Shown in pieces: positions 40,021 to 50,162 of a stretch of DNA of 64,000 nucleotides. Numbering within the stretch: the stretch's first letter is position 1; each line of letters begins with the position of its first letter. Made by a program: the position numbers and the translations under genes. The stretch is taken from positions 101,052-165,051 of the forward strand of contig CAZSKP010000005.1 in assembly GCA_964607485.1 (NCBI GenBank), written 5' to 3'. The notes below the pieces were generated by a model. It searched no databases. It was not told where the DNA came from and worked only from the letters and a program-made list of their open reading frames with translations. Origin of the DNA: an uncultured bacterium. GTDB taxonomy: Bacteria; Abyssobacteria; SURF-5.

Positions 40021-41120
40021 CAGAAGATATGGGAACGTGCCTTGATGCCCAGAAGGAGACCGACGCAGGCCATCATGGTGAGAAGATTCGAGCCTCCATA
40101 GCTCATGAATGGGAGCGGGATGCCGGTGACCGGCATGAAGCCGACCGTCATCAGCAGGTTCACGAGCACCTGGAAAGAGATGATGGTGATGACGCCGACG
40201 GCCAGCATGCTGCCCAGGAAGTCACGCGCCGATTCGGCTATCTTGAGCGCCTGAAACAACAGCCCGACGTAGAGCAGAACGAGTATGCACGAACCCACGA
40301 ACCCCCACTGTTCCGCAAACACGGAGAATATGAAGTCGGTATGCTGTTCCGGCAGGAAATTGAGCTGGCTCTGCGTGCTCGCGAGCCATCCTTTTCCCGC
40401 GAACCCGCCCGCGCCGATTGCGATCTTCGATTGAATGATCTGGTAGCTGGAGCCGAGCGGGTCGAGGTTCGGATTGACGAAGGAGAGAAGCCGCAGCTTC
40501 TGGTACTCCTTCAGGAATCCCCAGAACAGGGGAATCATGCCGATTCCCAAAGCTCCGATGGCCGCAATGTGACGACGCCTGGCGTTGGCCGCGAAGAGCA
40601 TGCCACCCGTCAGCGCCACGAGCACAAGCCCCGTGCCCAGGTCGGGCTGGAGGATTATCAGAGCAGCAGGAAGCCCGGCGATCGCGACCGCCCCCAGCAA
40701 GAACCATATCTCCCGGATTCGCTCCCTCACGTCATCCAGGTAGCGCGCCAGCGCGAACAGTGTCGCCACCTTGACAAACTCGGACGGCTGCAACTGGAAT
40801 CCAAACAGCCGCACCCATCTCTGGGCGCCGTGTACTTCCTTGCCCGCGATGAAAAGAAGCAGCAGGAACACAATCGTTGCGCCGTAAAAGTAATAGGCGA
40901 ATCGGGAAATGAAGCGGTAATCCACGGCTGTCGCCATGGCCATGGCCGCCAGACCCAACAATGCCCACATGAGCTGGCGCGAGAAGAACGGCTTGACCTC
41001 GTCCATGCCCGATTTGTAGGCCGAAGAAAACACCGTTACCAATCCAATGCAAATGAGCAGCAGGGTGCACGTAAGCGCGAAATAATCGAGCCCGCGCGTC
41101 ATTTGTCTGGGGGCTTTCAC
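40020..41120 (-). CDS. rodA: rod shape-determining protein RodA
   Basis: GAQRW, QPSEF, QPDLG, HTDFIF and PFMSYGGS. Confidence 0.96.
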   Translation of the reverse strand: MKAPRQMTRGLDYFALTCTLLLICIGLVTVFSSAYKSGMDEVKPFFSRQLMWALLGLAAMAMATAVDYRFISRFAYYFYGATIVFLLLLFIAGKEVHGAQRWVRLFGFQLQPSEFVKVATLFALARYLDDVRERIREIWFLLGAVAIAGLPAALIILQPDLGTGLVLVALTGGMLFAANARRRHIAAIGALGIGMIPLFWGFLKEYQKLRLLSFVNPNLDPLGSSYQIIQSKIAIGAGGFAGKGWLASTQSQLNFLPEQHTDFIFSVFAEQWGFVGSCILVLLYVGLLFQALKIAESARDFLGSMLAVGVITIISFQVLVNLLMTVGFMPVTGIPLPFMSYGGSNLLTMMACVGLLLGIKARSHIF

Positions 41121-43063
41121 GTGGTAGGTCCTTCCTCGCTCGTGTCTTTTGCGGCCGGCGAATCTAACGTTGAGATGCGCTTGGCGACTTCCCGCGCGAC
41201 GTGGACTGCGCTCTCCGAAGCATGTCCTCCGTGTTCGCAGAAAACGACGATCACGAGCGGTTCCTCAGGGTCGTCGGTGGCCGCCACGAACCACGCATGA
41301 TCCCTCTGCTCAAACGGGATCTTCTCCAGCTTCTCCTGGGTGTCGGCTCGCTCTCTAAATCCGACCACCTGGGCGGTCCCGGTCTTGCCGATAAGGGGGA
41401 CGATGTCGTTCTTTGCCTGCCATGCGGTACCATAGAACGGCTGCCGCGAGTTCACGGCCCGCCTGAGCCCTTCCCTTACCAAGTCCAGCGCCGCCGCGTC
41501 GTCGAGCGCATGCTCCTGGGCGGGTCGCTGTCTGAAGAGCGGCTCCGCGCTTTCCGGCGTCTCGATGGACTGGATCAAATAGGGCGTGACCAATGTGCCG
41601 CCGTTGGCGATCGCGGCGATGACACGGGCCATTTGCAGCGGAGTCGCAAGGGTATATCCCTGCCCTATCGAGGCGTTCAGTGTTTCACCGTCGTACCACC
41701 TCTTGTCCGAGGCGGCCCTGAACGCTTTCTCCTTCCACTTGGGAGAAGGGACAAGCCCCCGCATTTCGCCCGGCAGGTCTATGCCGGTCGGCTGACCCAG
41801 GCCGAACATGCGGGCATATTTCGCTATGCGGTCTATTCCGAGCTCGATCCCGACGTTGTAAAAGAAGACGTCGCAGGAATAGGCCAGCGCCTCGACCACG
41901 TTGAGGCTGCCGTGGCCGGTATCCTTCCAGCAGCGAAACCTTCTGCCGAGCCTGAATGAGCCCGTGCAGGTGAACCGGGTCTGGGGCGTTATCACGCCCT
42001 CGCGCAGGGCTGCATATGCCATGATCATCTTGAAGGTCGAGCCCGGCGCATACGCTTGCAGGGCACGGTTGAGCAGCGGGTGTCGGGGGTCGTTTAACAC
42101 GTCGAGCCTCTGTTCGTCCGTGCCGAAAGAGACGAAGATGTTCGGGTCGAACGAGGGTTTGCTGACAAGGGCTCGTACAGCTCCGGTGGTGGCTTCCATC
42201 ACGATGACGGCGCCGTCGTGTTCGCGCATCTCCTCGTTCGCAATTCGCTGGTACTCGGAATCGAGCGTCAGCCGGACGATGTTCCCCGGATGGGGAGATT
42301 TCTTGACAAGCGTCAGCAGTTCGCGGCCTGCCGTATCGATTCTGACGCGCGGGTTCCCTCTGGAATCCAACTCGATCTGTGGCCGCCCGTCGGCATACAC
42401 CTGCACCTGCACGCCTCCGTCCTCGCCCCGCAGCCATTTTTCTGCGACGAGTTCCACGCCGGCCTTTCCGACGTAATCGCCGATGCGATATCCCTGTTCG
42501 TCCATCCGTTCGAGCTCGTTAGAACCGATTTCGCCCAAATAGCCGAGCGCGTGAGAAGCGCATCGGCCAAGGGGGAAGCGTCTGCACGGCTCGGCGGTTA
42601 TTATTATCCCGGGCAGTTCGAGCGAGCACTCTTCGATCGGGGCCGCCCGCTCGATGGAAACGTCTCGTGCGACCGTGATCTGCCTGTATGGGGCAAACCT
42701 GGATGCGCTCACCTGCTCGAGCACCGCCGCCTTGTCGAAATTGAGAAAATGGTCCAGCTTGGCCAGAGTTGCGACGGGGTCGGATGCCTCGGCCGGGATG
42801 ATTGACACGGTGAACGACGGCCGGTTGTCCACAAGCAGATTTCCCCGGCGGTCGTAAACGAGCCCGCGGGGAGCTTTGAGCTGGAGGAGACGAATCCTGT
42901 TCTTGTCGGAAAGCAGCCTGAACTTGTCTCCCGCTATGAGTTGAAGGTGCGCCAGCCTGAGCGCGAATATCGCGAAACCGGCTGCGATGACCAATGTGAA
43001 GACGCGCAGCTTCCGGTGGAACCTGATTTGTTCCCTATATTTTTGTTTCAGGTAGAGTTTCAT
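41117..43063 (-). CDS. mrdA: penicillin-binding protein 2
   Basis: APRGLVYDR, STFK, SCD and KTGTAQ; located in the mre operon. Confidence 0.95.
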   Translation of the reverse strand: MKLYLKQKYREQIRFHRKLRVFTLVIAAGFAIFALRLAHLQLIAGDKFRLLSDKNRIRLLQLKAPRGLVYDRRGNLLVDNRPSFTVSIIPAEASDPVATLAKLDHFLNFDKAAVLEQVSASRFAPYRQITVARDVSIERAAPIEECSLELPGIIITAEPCRRFPLGRCASHALGYLGEIGSNELERMDEQGYRIGDYVGKAGVELVAEKWLRGEDGGVQVQVYADGRPQIELDSRGNPRVRIDTAGRELLTLVKKSPHPGNIVRLTLDSEYQRIANEEMREHDGAVIVMEATTGAVRALVSKPSFDPNIFVSFGTDEQRLDVLNDPRHPLLNRALQAYAPGSTFKMIMAYAALREGVITPQTRFTCTGSFRLGRRFRCWKDTGHGSLNVVEALAYSCDVFFYNVGIELGIDRIAKYARMFGLGQPTGIDLPGEMRGLVPSPKWKEKAFRAASDKRWYDGETLNASIGQGYTLATPLQMARVIAAIANGGTLVTPYLIQSIETPESAEPLFRQRPAQEHALDDAAALDLVREGLRRAVNSRQPFYGTAWQAKNDIVPLIGKTGTAQVVGFRERADTQEKLEKIPFEQRDHAWFVAATDDPEEPLVIVVFCEHGGHASESAVHVAREVAKRISTLDSPAAKDTSEEGPTT

Positions 43064-43577
43064 GCTCGACTTTGTACTTCATTTTCAATCGCATGTAAGA
43101 GGGGAACCGCCGCCTCTTCATCAATACGAACGCGACAGGCGCCGCCAACGCAGTGTAAACGGACGTCCATACGATCGTTCGCAGGATTTGAGTCGCCGAG
43201 CCGACTTCGTATTGGAGGACCAATTTCAAGAGAGCGAACGATACTCCGAAGACCAAGCAGCCCACGAATGCGACAAACACCTGGGCGGCCCGGTTGTCGG
43301 TCAGCAGAAAGTCCCCCGCGGCCACGAGGAAGTATGCCATGAAGGTCAACGAGAACGCGTTCATCCCGATGGCCCCCCCGGAGAAGAAGTCGCGTGTGAG
43401 CCCGAGGATGAATGCCAGCGCCATCGCCTTGCCGAAGTCTTTCCGGCTGGTAGCCACGACGACGGCCAGCACGGCGAGGTCGGGTCGTATGCCGCCGACC
43501 TCGACCGCGTTCATGAGGGTCGATTCGATGACCGCCAGCGCGATGCCGGCCAGAAATGCTTTGAGGGCAAACAGCAC
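43035..43577 (-). CDS. mreD: rod shape-determining protein MreD
   Basis: PDL...GL.RD motif, hydrophobic, and gene order. Confidence 0.85.
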   Translation of the reverse strand: MLFALKAFLAGIALAVIESTLMNAVEVGGIRPDLAVLAVVVATSRKDFGKAMALAFILGLTRDFFSGGAIGMNAFSLTFMAYFLVAAGDFLLTDNRAAQVFVAFVGCLVFGVSFALLKLVLQYEVGSATQILRTIVWTSVYTALAAPVAFVLMKRRRFPSYMRLKMKYKVEHETLPETKI

Positions 43578-43648
43578 TGCTCGTTCTCCCGTCGGGGTAG
43601 CGCGCAGAGGCGATTTCTAAGGTGGCGCATCCGGGACGGACAGCGAGC

Positions 43649-44512
43649 TCACTGGCCTGTCACGCCGCCGTCGGGCGCCTCCTCGGGAATCTGGGCCGTG
43701 ACAATGATGGCGACTTCCTCGAGCTTCTCAAAATTCGTGGCCGGAATCACCCGCGCCCACTGGAACAAGTCTCCGGGCCTGTTCTTGATTTCGCCGACGT
43801 AGCCGACACGCAGCCCTCGCGGGTAGATGCGGCTGTTGCCCGAAGTGACAAGCACGTCGCCTTCGCTTATATCAGCCGTCGGCTCGAGGTATTTGAGCAC
43901 GCATCCGCCCTCGTCGTCCCCCTGGACGACGCCCTGCGCACGGCTCTTCTGAGCCACGACGCCGACTCTTGAGTTGGAATCCGTGAGCAGCAACACCTTG
44001 CTCGAGTAGAGATAGACCTCGATTACGTACCCAGCCAATCCAGAAGATGAAAGCGCGGGGAGGCCCTTGCGCACGCCGTGAGAGGACCCTTTGTTGACCA
44101 TCACCGCGCTGAACCATGCGGTGGGGTTGGTTCCGATGACGCGCGCGATCAGCTTCGGGTCTTCGACCCGGTCGGTGAAATCGGCCAGCTTGCGCATTCG
44201 CCGCTCTTCGAGAAGCTGCTCTTTGAGCGTGACTATTTCCTGCTCGAGCTCGCCAATACGTTTTCTGAGGACGGTGTTTTGCGCACGTGCCGTGAAGAAT
44301 CCGGAAACTATGGAAAGCAGGTCTCGGCCACCGTCGTGGATGCCCTCCGACGTGGCCTGAACAGGGGAAGCCAGCCCGAGCACCACCTGGCTCCCCGAGC
44401 GTGCCACCCATCTCCTGTGAAAGCTGTCAATCATCAAGAGACATGAGAGGCAGAGGAGAACGATGAGCGTGATAGGACGTCGGTACTTCCAAAAGAAGTC
44501 GGGCAGGTACAA
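43649..44512 (-). CDS. mreC: rod shape-determining protein MreC
   Basis: TM plus coiled coil; NKGSSHGV and TSG..IYPRGL. Confidence 0.93.
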   Translation of the reverse strand: MYLPDFFWKYRRPITLIVLLCLSCLLMIDSFHRRWVARSGSQVVLGLASPVQATSEGIHDGGRDLLSIVSGFFTARAQNTVLRKRIGELEQEIVTLKEQLLEERRMRKLADFTDRVEDPKLIARVIGTNPTAWFSAVMVNKGSSHGVRKGLPALSSSGLAGYVIEVYLYSSKVLLLTDSNSRVGVVAQKSRAQGVVQGDDEGGCVLKYLEPTADISEGDVLVTSGNSRIYPRGLRVGYVGEIKNRPGDLFQWARVIPATNFEKLEEVAIIVTAQIPEEAPDGGVTGQ

Positions 44513-44545
44513 ATGCTGGACACCTCTTCAGCTTGCGCTCGCGGC

Positions 44546-45562
44546 TCAGCGCGGTTGAAACATGTACATCCCGTCCAGATACTTGCCCGCTCCCATCACC
44601 ACGGCGGTGAGTGGGTCGTCGGCAGTCCTGACCGGAAGCTGGGTTTCCTCGGCAATCAGTTTATCCAGTCCGCGAAGGAGCGAGCCGCCCCCGGCAAGCA
44701 CCATGCCTCTGTCGACGATATCGGCCGAAAGCTCGGGCGGAGTGCGCTCGAGAGTGATCTTGACCGATTCCAGGATAGTCGAAATGGGTTCGGCCAGCGC
44801 CTCCCTCACTTCCTCCGATGTAATCGTAATAGGTTTGGGCAAGCCGGCCACCATGTCGCGGCCCTTTACCGTCATGTGCGTTTCCTCGTCCATCGGAAAC
44901 GCCGAGCCGATCGCAATCTTTATTTCCTCGGCCGTTCTCTCGCCGATCATCAGGTTGTACGTTTTCTTCAGGTGCTGCATTATCGCCTGGTCCATCTCGT
45001 CGCCGGCTATGCGGGAGGTCTTGCTGAACACGATTCCGCCGAGCGAGATGACGGCCACCTCGATAGTGCCGCCGCCAATATCGACTATCATGTTCCCGAT
45101 GGGCTCCTGTACGGGCAGGCCCGCACCGATGGCCGCCGCCATCGGTTCCTCTATCAGGGCGACGCTTCGCGCGCCCGCCTGGGAGGCGGAGTCTTCGACG
45201 GCCCTTTTTTCGACCTCGGTGATGCCCGAGGGAACGGCGATAACCATGCGGGGACGGACGAGCGACTTGCGGTTATGCACTTTCTGGATGAAATAGCGCA
45301 GCATTTGCTCGGTGACCTCGAAATCGGCTATCACGCCGTCCTTCATCGGACGGATGGCTATGATGTCGCCCGGGGTGCGGCCGATCATCTGTTTGGCCTC
45401 GCTGCCGACCGCCAGGACGCGGTTCTCGCCCTGTTTTATGGCGACGACCGAGGGTTCCCTCAGCACGATTCCCTGTCCCTTTACGTACACAAGCGTGTTC
45501 GCCGTGCCGAGGTCTATTCCCATATCGTTTGAGAAGAGGCCCGCAACCGAATCGAAGATCAT
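44546..45562 (-). CDS. mreB: rod shape-determining protein MreB
   Basis: [20 protein letters not shown] and DIGGGT. Confidence 0.98.
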   Translation of the reverse strand: MIFDSVAGLFSNDMGIDLGTANTLVYVKGQGIVLREPSVVAIKQGENRVLAVGSEAKQMIGRTPGDIIAIRPMKDGVIADFEVTEQMLRYFIQKVHNRKSLVRPRMVIAVPSGITEVEKRAVEDSASQAGARSVALIEEPMAAAIGAGLPVQEPIGNMIVDIGGGTIEVAVISLGGIVFSKTSRIAGDEMDQAIMQHLKKTYNLMIGERTAEEIKIAIGSAFPMDEETHMTVKGRDMVAGLPKPITITSEEVREALAEPISTILESVKITLERTPPELSADIVDRGMVLAGGGSLLRGLDKLIAEETQLPVRTADDPLTAVVMGAGKYLDGMYMFQPR

Positions 45563-45826
45563 GGTCTATTCCTCCCCCGAATTTAGCATCCCGGGGCGCT
45601 CCCTATGCCCCTCCTAACGGATTCCAATCCGATTATGGCGCAGGTGTTTAAGTGATTTTACCATTTGACTCCCAAAATGTCCACAACGGATTTTTTGGGT
45701 CAATCCACGGGACCGACGCGCCGTTGTCAACGGTGAGCCCTTCTGGTATAATCTTGCGTACCCGGAGCTTACACAGGTAGTAGAGGGCAATTTTCGTGCC
45801 GGTCAGGTTGCCGGTCAACCGCGACG

Positions 45827-47314
45827 ATGCAGCCAAAGCCGATAGAGAACATTGATGGGGTCGACCCGGCCCGGTTCTGCGTCATCCAGAGACCCGGGAC
45901 GACGCCCGTCACCGTGTGCTGGCAGCCTCTGCCGAGCCACCTCAGACCGAGGGAGGTCCTGGCGGCGCTTGAGGGGGCATCGTGCCTGTTTCTGCTGGAG
46001 AGCGCCGACGGCCCCTTGAAGACAGCTCGCTACTCCATAATCGGATGCGACCCGCCGATTCGGTTCAGCGCAAAGCGGTCCTCGTGCCTCATAGTCGGGC
46101 CGGAGGGGAAACGCGAGCAGCGGGGCGACCCGATAAAGATTCTCCGGGAGCTGTTGGCTCCGTATGCGGTTCCGCCGCAGTCGTTCCTGCCGTCGTTCTA
46201 TGGGGGCGCGGTCGGACTTTTTTCGTACGACATGAAGAACTATTTCGAAGAGCTGCCCGAGACGGTCGAGGACGATCTCGGCACGCCGGATTGTTTCATC
46301 GTGTTTGTCGATACGGTGGTTTTATTCGACCGAAAACAGAACACTTCGGAAATCATCGCGAGCGAGTTCCATTGCTCGAACCTTTCGGAGTCGCATGCGA
46401 GAGCTCACGCCAAGGCGACCGGGATGCTAGGGAAGATCATGGCCGGCCTGACCCGCTCGACCGAGGACAGCCGGATTCGGTTCGGCGAAATCGGCTCGAC
46501 CCACACGCCGCAGCAATATGCCGCCATGGTCGAGCGCACGAAGGAGTACATCGCGGCGGGCGACATATTCCAGGCGAACCTCTCGCAGCGCCTCCGCGTT
46601 CCGTTCGAGGGAAACCCCATAGAACTTTACAACAGACTGTCCAGGATAAATCCGTCGCCGTTCGCGTTCTACTTCGATTTCGGCGACTTCCAGCTTGTGA
46701 GCTGCTCGCCCGAGAGGCTTGTGCGCCTGATGGGCGACTATGTGGAGACGCGGCCGATCGCCGGCACGCGCCCCCGCGGGCGCCACGTCGCCGAAGACGA
46801 CTTGATGCGCCATGAGCGGATACTGCATCCGAAAGAGCGCGCCGAACATATCATGATAGTCGATATGGCGCGCAACGACATCGGCCGGGTGTGCTCGTGC
46901 GGCACGGTCAGGCCCGACGAGCTGATGGTGATCGAGCGGTATTCGCACGTGTTTCACATCGTGTCGAACATCGTCGGAACGCTCCTGCCCGGCCGGGACT
47001 GCTTCGACCTGCTTGCCGCCGTGTTTCCCGGCGCGAGCATAACGGGCGTGCCGAAGATACGGTGCATGGAAATCATCGACGAGCTTGAACCGGTCCGCCG
47101 CGGCCCGTACACCGGCTCGCTGGGATGGATATCCTACTCGGGCGACATGGACCTGAACATCATCATCCGCACCTTTGTCGTGAAAGACGGGAATGCCTAC
47201 ATCCAGGTCGGAGGCGGCGTCGTCGCTGATTCGGAGCCCGAGCGGGAATATCAAGAGAGCCTGAGCAAGGCACAGGCATTGGTCGAGGCGCTCAAGACGG
47301 GCGAGAGAATGTGA
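45827..47314 (+). CDS. pabB: aminodeoxychorismate synthase component I (anthranilate synthase I family)
   Basis: LLES, SPERL, PIAGT and EHIMIVD; adjacent to a class IV aminotransferase. Confidence 0.8.
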   Translation: MQPKPIENIDGVDPARFCVIQRPGTTPVTVCWQPLPSHLRPREVLAALEGASCLFLLESADGPLKTARYSIIGCDPPIRFSAKRSSCLIVGPEGKREQRGDPIKILRELLAPYAVPPQSFLPSFYGGAVGLFSYDMKNYFEELPETVEDDLGTPDCFIVFVDTVVLFDRKQNTSEIIASEFHCSNLSESHARAHAKATGMLGKIMAGLTRSTEDSRIRFGEIGSTHTPQQYAAMVERTKEYIAAGDIFQANLSQRLRVPFEGNPIELYNRLSRINPSPFAFYFDFGDFQLVSCSPERLVRLMGDYVETRPIAGTRPRGRHVAEDDLMRHERILHPKERAEHIMIVDMARNDIGRVCSCGTVRPDELMVIERYSHVFHIVSNIVGTLLPGRDCFDLLAAVFPGASITGVPKIRCMEIIDELEPVRRGPYTGSLGWISYSGDMDLNIIIRTFVVKDGNAYIQVGGGVVADSEPEREYQESLSKAQALVEALKTGERM

Positions 47315-48183
47315 AACAGGATTCGGAGAAGCTGGTGTATGTCAACGGGCGGTTTGTTCCGGAGGGGGAGGCCTGCGTTTCCGTTTTCGACAGGGGATTC
47401 CTTTACGGCGACGGCGTGTTCGAGACGATGCGTTCGTATGGCGGGCGGATATTTCGTCTCAACGACCACATCGAGCGGCTGCGTCAATCCGCTGACATAA
47501 TTGAGGTGCGCCTGCCTTACGGGCCTGAGAAATTCGCGGAGATTTGCAACAGACTTCTCGAACGCAACGGCGTCGCTGATGCGATCCTGAGAATAAGCGT
47601 GACTCGTGGGCGCTCAGTGAGCGGAATAGGAACGGCGCAGGCGGGCGAGCCAACGGTCGTGGCTTTTATCAGGCCACCCAGGCCGCTTCCGGCCGAGGCC
47701 TATACGGAGGGTGTGTCGGCGAAGGTGGTCTCCGTTCGGCGCAACCTCTCGACCGCGCTCGATGCTCACATGAAGTCGATGAATTTCCTCAATTATATTC
47801 TGGCGGAGGCGGAGGCCGAAAGGGCCGGGGCGTATCAGGCGATAATGCTGAATCATGCCGGATACGTGGCCGAGGCGAGCACCGCGAACATATTCTTTGT
47901 GAATAACAACCGCCTCGTCACGCCGAGCCTCGACTGCGATATTTTGCCGGGCATCACGCGGGCCGTGGTGCTCGAGATAGCCGCCGGGGCGGGAATCCAT
48001 TGTGAAGAGAAGAAGATCAATCCGTCCGAAATCAGCGGATTTGGGGAGTGTTTCCTCACGAGCAGCGGCGTGGAGCTCGTTCCCGTGACCGTCATCGACG
48101 AGGCTCCGGTCGGAACCGGCAGGCCGGGCCCTGTGCACGCGCGCTTGCATCGGGCCTACCGCGCGCTTGCGCGAAAAGGATAA
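47311..48183 (+). CDS. class IV aminotransferase / aminodeoxychorismate lyase
   Basis: DRGFLYGDGVFET, KS.N and LPGITR. Confidence 0.9.
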   Translation: MKQDSEKLVYVNGRFVPEGEACVSVFDRGFLYGDGVFETMRSYGGRIFRLNDHIERLRQSADIIEVRLPYGPEKFAEICNRLLERNGVADAILRISVTRGRSVSGIGTAQAGEPTVVAFIRPPRPLPAEAYTEGVSAKVVSVRRNLSTALDAHMKSMNFLNYILAEAEAERAGAYQAIMLNHAGYVAEASTANIFFVNNNRLVTPSLDCDILPGITRAVVLEIAAGAGIHCEEKKINPSEISGFGECFLTSSGVELVPVTVIDEAPVGTGRPGPVHARLHRAYRALARKG

Positions 48184-48691
48184 TTGGGTGACGCTGAACA
48201 CGGAAGTGACTTTTCACAAGCTCTCCGTGGCACACCTGGATGAGGTGCTGGAGATCGAACGGCTCGGCTTCAAGACGCCGTGGAGCAAGTTTGCGTTCAT
48301 CCACGAGATTCAATTCGATAAGTCCGTCTTCAAGGTCGTCAAGGTGGGCGGTCGCGTGGTCGGCTATGGCGGCTTCTGGCTTGTCCTCGACGAGGCTCAC
48401 ATCTCGAACATCGCCGTTCACCCCGACTATCGCCGCCGGGGGCTGGGCCGCATGCTGCTCATTCATCTGCTCGAGGAAGCCGTCTCGAGAGGTGCGTCGA
48501 AGGCGTCTCTCGAGGTGCGCCGCTCGAACGCCGCGGCTCAAGAAATATACGGCGGCTTCGGCTTCAGAGTGGTCGGCGTGAGGAAGCACTATTACTCCGA
48601 CGAGAACGAGGATGCCCTCATCATGTGGAACGGCGACATCGCGGCGACCCTTGCTTCCACCACCCCAAGAGCCAAGCGTGATGTGAAGTAA
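48167..48691 (+). CDS. rimI: ribosomal protein S18 alanine N-acetyltransferase
   Basis: NIAVHP.YRRRGLG, LEVRRSN and YY..EDALIM. Confidence 0.92.
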   Translation: MREKDNWVTLNTEVTFHKLSVAHLDEVLEIERLGFKTPWSKFAFIHEIQFDKSVFKVVKVGGRVVGYGGFWLVLDEAHISNIAVHPDYRRRGLGRMLLIHLLEEAVSRGASKASLEVRRSNAAAQEIYGGFGFRVVGVRKHYYSDENEDALIMWNGDIAATLASTTPRAKRDVK

Positions 48692-48751
48692 GAGAGGCCA
48701 CGCTTTTCACTCCGCGCGTTCATTCCATCCTTGATCGTGAAGTCCTCTAAA

Positions 48752-48782
48752 TGGTGTAGACAAGTAACGGTTGTGTACACCA
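48752..48782. repeat. palindrome between convergent genes
   Basis: TGGTGTAGACAA-GTAACGG-TTGTGTACACCA, one mismatch. Confidence 0.7.
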
Positions 48783-48802
48783 CTATCCAGTTATCGAAAG
48801 AT

Positions 48803-49726
48803 TCAAATCACTCCCTCTTTAAAATGTTGTTCATCCGCGGAATTCAGTCGAGCTCCAACTATATTTCCGCACGCATCTTTTGCTAAGTCAATTCTTTCCC
48901 ATCCTTCCGCGCTTATGTGACCATGTTTCGCGAGTTCTAACGCGGCGTAAGTCTCATTTGGCGGAAAACCCTCTCTCCTAAGATTAATAGGAGTGGCCAT
49001 GCTTGGCCAAAGACTTCCCACATATGAAACATGCTCATCACCATTTCTCTCAGGGGCCAGGTTTGAACAGACAATTCCGCATAGCCTTCCCATGTCATCA
49101 AACACCGGTCCGCCGCTCATTCCACCGTCGAATCTTGCATTGGTACGAAAGCACGGAAAATTCAAACGCGAACGGTCCCGTTGTCGCTCGTGGATTTCCA
49201 ATACCTCACCGATGGCAGTATGCGGGGAAGTCCTCCAAATCACTTCATCTATTTCAGCCAAGTTCCGGGTGTGTATATTTGAACTGGCATAGCCAAATCC
49301 TGATACCCTAGAATTAACTCGAGGAGGCAGCAAAGCGATTCTGGGAGGCCTCCACTTATATTCCGCCGCCAATTTGGAGGCGGGTGTCAGACGCAAGAAA
49401 GCAACATCTGTCCAACTTGATAGCCAAACCCTGGTTATGTTCCAAAGAGCGCCGGCCTTGCCTTCTTTTAGCACTTGTATCGCGTTTATGGAAAAATTCA
49501 GACTACGCTTCCCTTGTGTCGGCATCGATCCGGAGTTTTCACATCTGCAATAATAATCTTCAATTACATGTTTTGCCGTAATAGCCAGATATTGGCCTAT
49601 CACGATTGCGGTTCCCGAAGGGTAAAAATCATCGTCTCTTTTCGCTGTCAAGGCCAATGCGAACTCAGTAATAATACTGCTTAATGGAGTTTGTTTAAAT
49701 GATGGCCTTTTTGAGTACTGTCCCAA
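48803..49726 (-). CDS. trypsin-like serine protease, no evident signal peptide (TTG start inferred)
   Basis: Triad motifs TAKHV, TDVAFL and GMSGGPV; AAGGA RBS before TTG 49726; AT-richer DNA. Confidence 0.8.
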   Translation of the reverse strand: MGQYSKRPSFKQTPLSSIITEFALALTAKRDDDFYPSGTAIVIGQYLAITAKHVIEDYYCRCENSGSMPTQGKRSLNFSINAIQVLKEGKAGALWNITRVWLSSWTDVAFLRLTPASKLAAEYKWRPPRIALLPPRVNSRVSGFGYASSNIHTRNLAEIDEVIWRTSPHTAIGEVLEIHERQRDRSRLNFPCFRTNARFDGGMSGGPVFDDMGRLCGIVCSNLAPERNGDEHVSYVGSLWPSMATPINLRREGFPPNETYAALELAKHGHISAEGWERIDLAKDACGNIVGARLNSADEQHFKEGVI

Positions 49727-49817
49727 TTGGAACGATTCCTTCGTGAGATACTGCCAAAAAAAACATATTCCATGCCGGATGCGAGTTCCGAAATTCCTGC
49801 ATGAGCCAATGGCTCTA

Positions 49818-50162
49818 TTATCGGTACTCGATGCATATCGCGACGGCGGCGACGATATCTTCCATGACCGAGGCGGATAGCTCGCCGATTCTGCGAACCA
49901 GCCGCGCCCGGTCAATCGAGCGCACCTGCAACGCATTGGCGGCTAACTCATGCCTCAAGCTGTTCTCGGCATCCGGCAAGATTCTTATCATCCACGGGTA
50001 GCGGGCAAATTCGTTTTTCCATGTTGTGATGGGGACGATTATTCGGAGTCCGATTTTCCCAAGACTGTCGGAACTGATAATGACGGCGGGACGCGATTTT
50101 TTGATTTCCCTTCCCACGGTGGGGTCGAGATTCACCTGCCAGATTTCGCCTCTATAAGCCAT
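49818..50162 (-). CDS. mazF: PemK/MazF family toxin (endoribonuclease)
   Basis: RGEIWQVNLDPTVGREIKKSRPAVIIS and QVRSIDRARL. Confidence 0.93.
   Translation of the reverse strand: MAYRGEIWQVNLDPTVGREIKKSRPAVIISSDSLGKIGLRIIVPITTWKNEFARYPWMIRILPDAENSLRHELAANALQVRSIDRARLVRRIGELSASVMEDIVAAVAICIEYR

Noticed and set aside
35969-45562. mre-mrd-radical SAM-rng gene order as novel
   Set aside because: This is a widely conserved arrangement.
49727-49936. N-terminal 70 aa of the 377-aa protease ORF as listed in the track
   Set aside because: It overlaps mazF in another frame and crosses a T-tract; a TTG with RBS at 49726 is more plausible.
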